Below the pieces are notes generated by a model. That model was not told the origin of the DNA, searched no databases, and saw nothing but the letters and a program-made list of their open reading frames with translations. Source: Candidatus Harrisonbacteria bacterium (GTDB taxonomy: Bacteria; Patescibacteriota; Minisyncoccia; UBA6257; 1-14-0-10-44-23). From it: DNA of 64,000 bases. A program made the translations under genes and the position numbers. Every line of letters starts with the position of its first letter. Within the stretch, counting starts at the first letter, position 1. The DNA lies in assembly GCA_023255625.1 (NCBI GenBank), contig JAHFLF010000003.1:2105-66104 (forward strand), given 5' to 3'. This document shows, in pieces, positions 56,289 through 64,000 of this stretch.

Positions 56289-57323
56289 ATGGCTGCGATC
56301 TCTGAACATTCCTTCTACAATGCGCTCGCTCTCCGCTATCGTGCGAATTACGGAGCTCTTAAAAAATTGCGGCAGCGATTTTCCAGCTGGGGAAAAGCGT
56401 ACGCTGCCACTCGCGATCGAGAGACGCCGGATCCGGAAGAAGCATTTGCGGAACTTGAAAAATTTGGCATCCAGTGTATTCTGCGCGAAGACAAAATTTT
56501 TCCGGCACAACTTTTAGAAATTTCCTGGCCGCCATTCGCGCTGTATGTTCGTGGCCAGTTGCCAAAAAAGTGGACTCCGGCCTTGGCGATGGTCGGTACG
56601 CGTAAAGCAACGCCGGTTGGCCTCCGATTTGCCGAACAGCTGGCCGGCGATCTAGCCAGACGCGGTGTCATAATTATTAGCGGGCTGGCTCTGGGGGTTG
56701 ACGCGGCCAGCCAACATGGTGCAATTGCCGGCGGCGGCATCACCGTGGCCGTCCTTGCCTCCGGATTAGATCGGATCACGCCGCAAACTAATAGCCGGCT
56801 GGGAGAACAAATTTTGCAAAAAGGCGGCGCGATTATCTCTGAATATCCAATCGGCACCGAATCTGTACCGCGACTTTTCCTGGAAAGAAACCGAATTGTC
56901 AGCGGTCTATCACAAGCCGCTCTGATTATTGAGGCGCCTAAGCGCTCCGGCACGCTCTCAACCGCCCGTTTTGCAATTGAACAAAATCGGGATGTCCTGG
57001 TTGTGCCCGGCGGAATAAATAACCCAAATTATGAGGGTTCAAATGAGCTACTCAAGCAAGGTGCACAACTCGTTACCGGCATTAGCGATGTACTCCAAAC
57101 GCTGGGTCTTGATGAGCAGCCGGAAAAAGCAACTATGCGCTTTCCTTTTCTTGATGATCCGCAGCAAAAAATCATGGCATATTTGACAGAGCTCGGCGAG
57201 CCCGTGCATACTGACGCCTTGTCCGATGCGCTAAAAATCTCCGGACAACAAATTAGCGAATCGCTGGCTATGCTAACTATTATGAGCATCGTCAAAGAAG
57301 AAGGCGGCCGATATTATATATGA
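56289..57323 (+). CDS. dprA: DNA processing protein A (SMF family)
   Basis: MVGTRKATPVGLRFAEQLAGDLARRGVIIISGLALGVDAASQHGAI...VPGGINNPNYEGSNELLKQGAQLV. Confidence 0.85.
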   Translation: MAAISEHSFYNALALRYRANYGALKKLRQRFSSWGKAYAATRDRETPDPEEAFAELEKFGIQCILREDKIFPAQLLEISWPPFALYVRGQLPKKWTPALAMVGTRKATPVGLRFAEQLAGDLARRGVIIISGLALGVDAASQHGAIAGGGITVAVLASGLDRITPQTNSRLGEQILQKGGAIISEYPIGTESVPRLFLERNRIVSGLSQAALIIEAPKRSGTLSTARFAIEQNRDVLVVPGGINNPNYEGSNELLKQGAQLVTGISDVLQTLGLDEQPEKATMRFPFLDDPQQKIMAYLTELGEPVHTDALSDALKISGQQISESLAMLTIMSIVKEEGGRYYI

Positions 57324-57324
57324 A

Positions 57325-57435
57325 TGCAAATTTCTATTTTTCAATTTCTAATTCCTAAACAATTTCCAATTTATAAATTTCAAAATTAAAATATTGTTTG
57401 AAAATTGATAATTAAAAATTAGAAATTTTACACCC
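57325..57435. repeat. AT-rich ~100-bp repeat cassette, copy B (about 85% identical to 7519-7622), immediately upstream of topA
   Basis: ttttcaatttctaattcctaaacaatttccaatttataaatttcaaaattaaaatattgtttgaaaattgataattaaaaattagaaatt. Confidence 0.6.
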
Positions 57436-59652
57436 ATGAAACTCCTCATCGTCGAATCCCCCACCAAAGCGAAAACAATCGGCAAATATATCGGCAGCGG
57501 CTACACCGTCGTCGCTTCGGTCGGCCATGTGCGAGATCTGCCGAAGTCAAATAAAAAAGCGATTGATATCGCCGCTGGGTTTGTGCCGCACTATGAAGTG
57601 AGCGCCGGCAAAGAGAAAGTGATAGCAGAAATCAAATCTCTGGCGCACAAAGCCGACGAGACTATTTTAGCAACCGACCCGGATCGAGAGGGCGAGGCCA
57701 TCGCCTGGCACATCGCGCAGGCCGTAGGATTAAAAAACCCAGACCGCGTTGTTTTTCATGAAATCACCAAAGAGGCGGTGCTGGAGGCACTTATGCATCC
57801 GCGCAAAATTGACATGCAACTTAAAGAAGCGCAGGAGGCGCGGCGGGTTTTAGACCGCTTAGTCGGCTATGACCTCTCCGGACTGATTTGGAAAAAAGTT
57901 CGTTACGGACTTTCGGCTGGCCGCGTCCAGTCCCCGGCGCTGCGAATTCTCATGGAACGCGAACGCGAAATCCGCGCTTTCAAACCAGACACCTTCTTCT
58001 CTATTTCTGTCTTGCTTCGCAAGATCCCGCATAGCGGGACAGAATCGCAAGAAGACACCTTTACCGCTGTCTGCGAAAAAGAACCGGCAACTGCAGCCGA
58101 GGCCGAGCTGATTTGCACCGCCGCCAAAAATGGAAAGTGGGCGGTTGTCTCGGTTACAGAAACGCAGGTGAATCGCTCTCCTCTTCCGCCGTTTACAACC
58201 AGCACGCTCCAGCAGGTCGCCTCTAACCGACTTGGTTTTTCACCAAAAAGAACGATGATGGCGGCGCAAAAGCTCTATGAGCATGGGCACATAACTTATA
58301 TGCGCACCGACAGCGTGAACATCTCTGCTGTTGCGCTGGAGCAGATAAAGTCGGCGGTTGTTAAAAAATTTGGCGCGGCGGCGCACCAACCGCGCGTTTA
58401 CAAAACCACCTCAAAAAATGCGCAGGAGGCCCACGAGGCCATCCGTCCATCGCATTTTGAAAAAGAAACCGCTGGGCTAAGCGATGACCAGCATGAACTT
58501 TATCGGCTGATCTGGCAGCGGACAGTCTCTTCGCAGATGCAGGACGCAGTTATGATGCGCACGCGGGTTATTTCTAATATTCAAACGAAAACAATTCCCG
58601 ACTTTGTGGTGAACGGCTCACGCGTCATAAGCGCCGGCTGGCTGGCCGCCGATCCGGAGGCCAAGGGCGAGGACAAGTCAGTGCCAAAAGTTGCCGCGCA
58701 CGATCCGCTCTCGCTCATAAAAATCACGCCGGAAGAAAAGCAGACCCAGCCGCCAAACCGATATTCAGAGGCAGGGCTCATTAAAGAACTGGAAAAGCGC
58801 GGCATCGGTCGCCCGTCAACCTATGCCTCAATTATCAACACGATTATTGAGCGCGGCTACGTTGATAAAGATGGACGGACGCTGAAGCCGACAGACACCG
58901 GCGATGTGGTCTCCACATTTTTGGAGCAAAATTTTGAAAACTATATCAGCGATACCTTTACGGCCGAGATGGAGGACGAGCTGGATGATATCGCCACCGG
59001 TAAGCGAAAATATTTGCCGACTCTCAAGGACTTTTACGGGCCGTTTTCAAAAGATGTAAAGTCAAAAGAAAAAACCGCAAAGTTGACCACGCTTGGCGAT
59101 GCCGATCCAAAACTCAAGTGCCCAAAATGCGGTGCCGCGATGATTATTAAGCTAGGCCGCGGCGGTAAGTTTTTGAGCTGCGAGACATTTCCGGAATGCA
59201 AAGGTATGCGGAACATTGACGGCAGCGAAATTAAAGAAGCAGCGGCAATCGGCACTGATCCAGTGAGCGGCTTGCCGGTGTTTATCATGACCGGCCAATA
59301 TGGACCGTATGTTCAATTAGGTATTAAAGACGACAAAAAAAATAATAAGAACAAAAAACCGCGCCGATCATCAGTACCAAAAGAAAAAGACCCGGCAACC
59401 GTCACGCTTGAAGAGGCCCTGAAATATCTTTCCCTGCCGCGCCAGCTTGGCGCGCATCCGGACACAAAGGAAATAATCTCCGCCAATATCGGCATGTTCG
59501 GTCCGTATATTGTTCATCAAAAAGATTTTCGTTCGCTGAAACCGGCTGATGGAGACGATGTCTATACTATTAATCTTGACCGCGCCTTAGAAATTTTCAA
59601 AGAGCCAAAAAAGTTTGGCCGCCGCGGCCGCCAGAAAAAGGAAACTCCATAG
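57436..59652 (+). CDS. topA: DNA topoisomerase I
   Basis: Toprim N-terminus MKLLIVESPTKAKTIGKY, active-site region GHITYMRTDS, a C-terminal zinc ribbon (CPKCGAAM...CETFPECKG), and a basic tail. Confidence 0.9.
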   Translation: MKLLIVESPTKAKTIGKYIGSGYTVVASVGHVRDLPKSNKKAIDIAAGFVPHYEVSAGKEKVIAEIKSLAHKADETILATDPDREGEAIAWHIAQAVGLKNPDRVVFHEITKEAVLEALMHPRKIDMQLKEAQEARRVLDRLVGYDLSGLIWKKVRYGLSAGRVQSPALRILMEREREIRAFKPDTFFSISVLLRKIPHSGTESQEDTFTAVCEKEPATAAEAELICTAAKNGKWAVVSVTETQVNRSPLPPFTTSTLQQVASNRLGFSPKRTMMAAQKLYEHGHITYMRTDSVNISAVALEQIKSAVVKKFGAAAHQPRVYKTTSKNAQEAHEAIRPSHFEKETAGLSDDQHELYRLIWQRTVSSQMQDAVMMRTRVISNIQTKTIPDFVVNGSRVISAGWLAADPEAKGEDKSVPKVAAHDPLSLIKITPEEKQTQPPNRYSEAGLIKELEKRGIGRPSTYASIINTIIERGYVDKDGRTLKPTDTGDVVSTFLEQNFENYISDTFTAEMEDELDDIATGKRKYLPTLKDFYGPFSKDVKSKEKTAKLTTLGDADPKLKCPKCGAAMIIKLGRGGKFLSCETFPECKGMRNIDGSEIKEAAAIGTDPVSGLPVFIMTGQYGPYVQLGIKDDKKNNKNKKPRRSSVPKEKDPATVTLEEALKYLSLPRQLGAHPDTKEIISANIGMFGPYIVHQKDFRSLKPADGDDVYTINLDRALEIFKEPKKFGRRGRQKKETP

Positions 59653-59869
59653 TATGTCATTGCGAGGTACTCCGTGGCAATCCAGAATCCCTAAAATGAA
59701 AAATCCCCCAGAGGTTATCTGAGGGTTTTCTCTCTTTCGAGAGTGAACGGCTGCTGGTGGTAATGACCACCGACATAAGACAGACTCACAAAACTGCAAA
59801 AAGAAACGGACAACAAGTTCTACGAACGACACGAGAAAACAGTCACGAAGCTACTTCAATGGAGCTAAA

Positions 59870-60181
59870 TCAGTACTGACCTCCGTTCTGAAAGATATCA
59901 ATTTTCGGGAGGTCGATCTCCGAAAGGACTAACGGCTCAGCCCCAAGCATCGGGGTCGGATAATACCACCTCCGAAACAGGCGCTGCGCCTGCGCGCTGC
60001 CGCGATCTCGCGGCTCAAAGACGGCCACATCGAATGAATCGCCGCACAAGCCGGTTGGAATTAACAACCGCTCGTCATTTTTCAAGGGCTCCAGAACCCG
60101 GTCTAGGTTCTTTTCCCAGACCGTTGGCTTCCTACCCAACTTCTTGAAAATGTTGGGTCCTACTGCGTCGATCAGCGTCAT
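59870..60181 (-). CDS. hypothetical protein (GC-rich segment)
   Basis: 103-aa ORF. No family recognised. Confidence 0.25.
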   Translation of the reverse strand: MTLIDAVGPNIFKKLGRKPTVWEKNLDRVLEPLKNDERLLIPTGLCGDSFDVAVFEPRDRGSAQAQRLFRRWYYPTPMLGAEPLVLSEIDLPKIDIFQNGGQY

Positions 60182-60655
60182 GCCCGCCTCCGTGTCTGCG
60201 GCATTACATAGCCGCGGAGTTTAGGCATTTCCGGGTTGGAAACGACCAAGCTACGCGGCTACGAAAATTAACAAAGTACTCCATATAGAGTACACCCTTT
60301 TGAGTATTTTGTCAATATCACTAAAAACCTTGATTTTATGGGCTTAAACAGCCATGTGCCTATTTAAAAATGCGTCGCGGGGAACCAAAGGTTCCCCGCT
60401 CGCGCTAGCGCAGACGCCGGCTTCTTCGCCCGAATCGACGAAGGTGGATTCCCCGCTGTCGTCCGTACAGAGCGTACAGAGCCAGCACGGCACCTTGCCG
60501 TCCGGCGTGAGCGGAAGTCTCGCGTCCGCTTGCTGCTCCGGAGTCAGGTGAACATCGTGTCCAACCTGACATTTCAAACTCGCCGGGTGAAGCATAGTCC
60601 CCCTCCTAAGTTGGGCCCTGACTACTCCGTGCAGTCTTAGTAAATCAAAAATAAA

Positions 60656-61723
60656 CTATAAAGTAAATTCCTGTTCGCCCTCCGTAGCTGTCTCCGTTGC
60701 CGAGCCATTGGCAACTAGGCCGTCTGGGGCAGGCTCGCCTACAACGGCCACAGGATCAGAATGACGCGGGGAGGAATCCGGAATTGCTTTAAATTCTTCA
60801 TTCTTAATTCTTAATTCTTCATTCGCCGCATCCTGCACTATCTGATTTTCTTCCTGACTAACTGTCGTCTGACTAACCGACGACTGACCCATCGTCATCT
60901 TCTGCAAAAGCGCATACAACTCCTCCGGCGTTGAAAAGGCAATTGTAATTTTTCCGATCGCTCCATTTCTTTCAACCTGGACCGTTGAGCCGAGATGCTC
61001 TTCAAGCTGCGTTTTAATACTCATCGCCTCCGCATCCACCGTGCCCACTTGTGCTACTTGCCCACTTGTAACTGGCGCCTGTGGCGCCTTTATATACGCA
61101 ATCTTATTGCGAATCTCGCGCACCGAAAGTCCGCGCAAAATAATATCATCAAAAAGTTGCTGCTGTTGCTTCACATCATCCAGCGATAAAATCAGACGCG
61201 CCTGACTTTCGTTAATTTTTCCGGCCGAAACCGCGTCTTGAATTCCCGTCGGCAAATTTAAGAGCCGCATTGTATTTGCAACAACCTCACGGCTCTTGCC
61301 AATGCGCTGCGCGATCTCCCGCTGTGTCAGCCGAAATTCTTCTTGAAGACGGGCGTACGCGCGCGCCGCTTCGATTGGATTTAAGTCTGCCCGTTGCACA
61401 TTTTCAACAATGGCCAGCTCCAGCTTCTCTTTATCCAGCCCGACATTTTTAATGACCGCCGGTACGCGTTCCAGACCAACCAATTGCGCGGCTCGAAAAC
61501 GCCGTTCACCGGCAACAAGCTGGTAACGAACTATTGTACCGGTTTCTGTAACCTCTTCAATCTTGGTAACGACAAGCGGCTGTAAAATACCGTAATCGCG
61601 AATTGAATTAGCCAGCTCGCCTAGTTGCTCATCATTAAAAACCCGCCTTGGCTGATACGGGTTTGGCTCAATTTTATTAACCTCAATTAAAAAAACATGT
61701 TCTTGAATCTGGGGCTGTTGCAT
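60656..61723 (-). CDS. parB: ParB/Spo0J-family partition protein with a long low-complexity C-terminal extension
   Basis: ParB box GERRFRAAQLVGLERVPAVI, HTH, and a C-terminal acidic/Thr-rich tail. No parA is adjacent. Confidence 0.75.
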   Translation of the reverse strand: MQQPQIQEHVFLIEVNKIEPNPYQPRRVFNDEQLGELANSIRDYGILQPLVVTKIEEVTETGTIVRYQLVAGERRFRAAQLVGLERVPAVIKNVGLDKEKLELAIVENVQRADLNPIEAARAYARLQEEFRLTQREIAQRIGKSREVVANTMRLLNLPTGIQDAVSAGKINESQARLILSLDDVKQQQQLFDDIILRGLSVREIRNKIAYIKAPQAPVTSGQVAQVGTVDAEAMSIKTQLEEHLGSTVQVERNGAIGKITIAFSTPEELYALLQKMTMGQSSVSQTTVSQEENQIVQDAANEELRIKNEEFKAIPDSSPRHSDPVAVVGEPAPDGLVANGSATETATEGEQEFTL

Positions 61724-61724
61724 A

Positions 61725-61805
61725 GCTTTTTAGCTGGTCAGCTGTTTAGCTTCTTAGCTTTAAAATGACTCGCCGGAAAAGCTGACTAGCTGATAAGCTA
61801 AGGAG
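61725..61805. repeat. TAGCT/CAGCT-unit imperfect hairpin array upstream of parB (related in style to the TTAGTTAG arrays)
   Basis: agctttttagctggtcagctgtttagcttcttagcttt ... aaaagctgactagctgataagctaaggagctg. Confidence 0.45.
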
Positions 61806-61856
61806 CTGTCCACGCCTCTTTATTTTACAACATTATTCTGTTATATTCAAAGCCAA

Positions 61857-61940
61857 GCCCGGGTGGCGGAACTGGCAGACGCGATGGATTCAAGACCCAT
61901 TGGCCGAAAGGCCTTGAGAGTTCAACTCTCTCCCCGGGCA
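61857..61940 (+). tRNA. tRNA-Leu (anticodon CAA)
   Basis: GCCCGGG TG GCG GAACTGGCAGA CGC G ATGGA TTCAAGA CCCAT TGGCCGAAAGGCCT GAGAG TTCAACT CTCTC CCCGGGC A. One A.C mismatch closes the anticodon stem. Confidence 0.75.
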
Positions 61941-61943
61941 CAC

Positions 61944-62624
61944 ATGGCCAAACCAAAATTGCCTGATATAGATTTTCCATGGACGCCTAATCTAGCTTAT
62001 GCAGTTGGTCTCTTAACAACTGATGGCAATCTTTCTCCGGATGGTAGACATATCAACTTTACCTCGAAAGATGAAGAGCTAGTTCTCTCCGTCAAGTCCT
62101 GCCTGAATCTAAAAAATCGAATCGGTAAAAAAGGAAATGGCTCTTATCTTAACGAGAAAAAATACTTCGTCTTACAATTTGGGAATATACAATTGTATCG
62201 CTGGTTGGTGAGGATTGGATTGACTCCGCGAAAAAGTAGGACGATCGGTGCGCTGGAAATTCCCAACGAGTTTTTCAGAGATTTTCTCCGAGGTCACCTA
62301 GACGGTGACGGCGGGATAACTACATGTACTGACTACTATAACGCATCAATAAAACCAGAATATGTATACATCCGCCTTTGCGCTCGTTTCATTTCGGCGA
62401 GTGAAAAACATATGCGATGGATGAAAGAAAAAATAGAAGAGACTCTTCAAATTTTTGGAAGTCTGCATAAAGCAAAGGCTCGTAGTGAGGTACACGCCAA
62501 TATGTGGATACTCAAATTCGGCAAAAAAGAAAGCATCAAACTCCTTAGTAAGCTTTACTATGACAAAAATCTTCCCTCACTCTCGCGCAAACGGCTGATT
62601 GCCGAAAAATTCATTTCGTTATAA
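61944..62624 (+). CDS. double-motif LAGLIDADG homing endonuclease (free-standing)
   Basis: Motif 1 LAYAVGLLTTDGNL and motif 2 FLRGHLDGDGGI. The ATG is 4 nt after the tRNA-Leu(CAA) 3' end; the tracked start at 61863 would lie inside the tRNA. Confidence 0.7.
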   Translation: MAKPKLPDIDFPWTPNLAYAVGLLTTDGNLSPDGRHINFTSKDEELVLSVKSCLNLKNRIGKKGNGSYLNEKKYFVLQFGNIQLYRWLVRIGLTPRKSRTIGALEIPNEFFRDFLRGHLDGDGGITTCTDYYNASIKPEYVYIRLCARFISASEKHMRWMKEKIEETLQIFGSLHKAKARSEVHANMWILKFGKKESIKLLSKLYYDKNLPSLSRKRLIAEKFISL

Positions 62625-62695
62625 ACTGAAAGTATTGGCTAAAAAAAGAGAATTTTAACCATAAAGTTGATTATAAATTTTTTGAATAATATTTT

Positions 62696-63169
62696 ATGGG
62701 TATAGAGAAATATCAGCCTTCGGAAAGTGAAGCGAAGAACGCTGAACGCTCAATGACCGAAGAGGACAGAGCACGAACACAAATGAGAGAAAATTATCTC
62801 AACTTTTTGCGGGCAAGAGGAGAACATCTGGGATTTACAATTGATACAGAGCGTATAACTTGGAATGGTCTCGAAGGGTGCATCGAGGGCTCTATTAAGG
62901 GCCACAAAGTTGAATTTTATTTGAAAAACCCTGAAGGTGGAAGACCGGACGATCCGGATATTTTTGTTTCTATAGACGGCGCCAATATCGATGACAAGAA
63001 AATAAAATATGATTTATATCAAAAGTATGGTGCGTCGTTAATTCGTGATATAAAATTTATTTCAAGTATCGAAGACCCTGACTCGGTTAAAGGAGGAGAA
63101 CAGATCCGCGACCGGATCGATGAAAACTGGAAAAAAGCGATGGATGTGGCCCAAGAGCTTCTGAAGTAG
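62696..63169 (+). CDS. hypothetical protein
   Basis: 157-aa acidic protein. No family recognised. Confidence 0.35.
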   Translation: MGIEKYQPSESEAKNAERSMTEEDRARTQMRENYLNFLRARGEHLGFTIDTERITWNGLEGCIEGSIKGHKVEFYLKNPEGGRPDDPDIFVSIDGANIDDKKIKYDLYQKYGASLIRDIKFISSIEDPDSVKGGEQIRDRIDENWKKAMDVAQELLK

Positions 63170-63351
63170 ATATTCGCATCGTGATTTTTTTGGTTTGCCG
63201 TCAAAGAAAACCTGTCATACCTTCGGCAGATCTCCCGAAGGGAAAGAAATTGTTAAAGACCGGTGCGCCTTTCGCTTGCGCCGCTCCGGGCTAAGCCGCG
63301 AACCAAGTTCGGACTATTTCAAGAATGGAGCACACAGTTACATGAAAAATC

Positions 63352-64000
63352 CTTTACTGTATCTTTTCTCAAAAATGTGGGGTTACTCTAAAGGCAACCG
63401 CCGGAATGTGTTGTTTTATATTTTCCTGTGTATTTCAGCAAATTTACTTTTAGCCCTTGAACCTTTAATAATAGGGCTTTTTTTAAACACTCTCCAAATT
63501 GGAGGCGTTCATCAAGAGACTTTATCTCGCCTATTTTTTATTTTAATGCTTTTACCACTCCTTGAACTTGGCTTTTGGTCTATGCACGGACCAGCGCGAG
63601 TTATTGAAAATAAAAACGCCTTCTTTGTAAGGAAAAACTATAAGAATTATCTTTTGCGCGGTACTATGGCACTACCGATGGAGTGGCATACAGATCATCA
63701 CTCCGGCGATACGATAGACAAAATTGAAAAAGGAACAACGGCTTTATTCAATTTCTCGGAGCGAACTTTTGAAGTTATCCAAGGGATGATCAGCTTACTT
63801 ACTGCTTTTGTTGTTATGTTTTTCTTTGACCCGCTCGCAGCTGGAGCCGCTTTAGTCATTAGTATCTTTACTTTTTATGTTCTCACCTTGTTTGATAGAA
63901 GACTTATCCCGGGCTATAAGTCCGTCAATAAAATGGAAAATACAATCTCTGCGAAAATTTTTGACGCTTTAAGCAATGTAACAACAGTTATTATTTTGCG
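63352..64000 (+). CDS. ABC exporter, N-terminal transmembrane domain (MsbA/type I exporter-like; continues beyond the window)
   Basis: Six-helix TMD pattern. LFYIFLCISANLLLALEPLIIGLFLN ... is typical of ABC_membrane domains. Confidence 0.7.

Noticed and set aside
63170-63351. Riboswitch upstream of the ABC exporter (hairpin CCTTCGG..CCGAAGG)
   Set aside because: It has a single simple hairpin and a GC-rich stretch. It does not resemble any riboswitch class I can recognise (for example ykkC or guanidine).

Overview
The gene content and the small, mosaic, repeat-rich architecture suggest a reduced Patescibacteria/CPR-like genome; this is inferred from the sequence alone, without any search. 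GC content is uneven: short GC-rich islands (judged by eye at about 60-65% GC) sit in a roughly 45% GC background.

The core genes recognised are:
- Cell envelope and division: a DegT-family aminotransferase C-terminus, a FemAB-family protein, an FtsQ-like protein, murG, ftsW, an M23 peptidase, a GT1 glycosyltransferase, and a DUF4012-like membrane protein.
- Translation: ychF, gltX, metG, glyQS, rplS and rluD.
- Transport: a complete livKHMGF-type branched-chain amino-acid ABC transporter, an AI-2E transporter, a SemiSWEET, yhhQ, and a partial ABC exporter.
- One-carbon and folate metabolism: purB, folD, glyA, a DHFR-like protein, a CofE-like ligase and an ArsR regulator.
- DNA metabolism: recO, dprA, topA and parB.
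- tRNAs: Leu(GAG), Val(GAC), Ile(GAT) and Leu(CAA).

The centrepiece is a minus-strand 23S-5S rRNA operon at about 19.0-25.4 kb with no 16S gene beside it. The 23S precursor is about 5.3 kb because it carries three ORF-less group I introns and four insertions.
- The introns are identified by the conserved P7/P9.0 core AAGATATAGTCNGACC.
- Their splice junctions can be reconstructed exactly by exon alignment to E. coli 23S, at about L1917, L2256 and the sarcin-ricin loop (about 2656).
- The four insertions are a domain I nested-inverted-repeat element, a helix-25 AT-rich element, and two AAGTT-rich composite palindromes (one in the helix 63 region, one in the helix 68 region).
- The middle intron carries, inside an internal loop closed by a 22-bp inverted repeat, two tandem tRNA-like cloverleafs. 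One has a clean Phe(GAA) anticodon arm.

Several short repeat families recur elsewhere in the window:
- A CAACTAACTAGCCAAC / TTAGTTAG element forms intergenic hairpin arrays. It is also inserted in-frame, with no stop codons, into three unrelated genes: DegT, gltX and glyQS.
- AT-rich cassettes of about 100 bp sit upstream of genes, and the same family is the helix-25 insertion in the 23S.
- There is a pair of 34-bp perfect palindromes, a pair of TTCGTA iterons, and GC-rich hairpin repeats.
- A 107-bp tandem repeat upstream of tRNA-Ile ends each copy with a mimic of the tRNA 5' end.

Other accessory content:
- A double-motif LAGLIDADG endonuclease starts 4 nt after tRNA-Leu(CAA).
- A gene with an N-terminal HTH region and a single LAGLIDADG-like motif overlaps the 5' end of tRNA-Val.
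- An AT-rich 474-aa gene with an HEHEH motif is bracketed by direct repeats of about 80 bp.

Every call rests on reading the translations and the DNA; no database search was possible.
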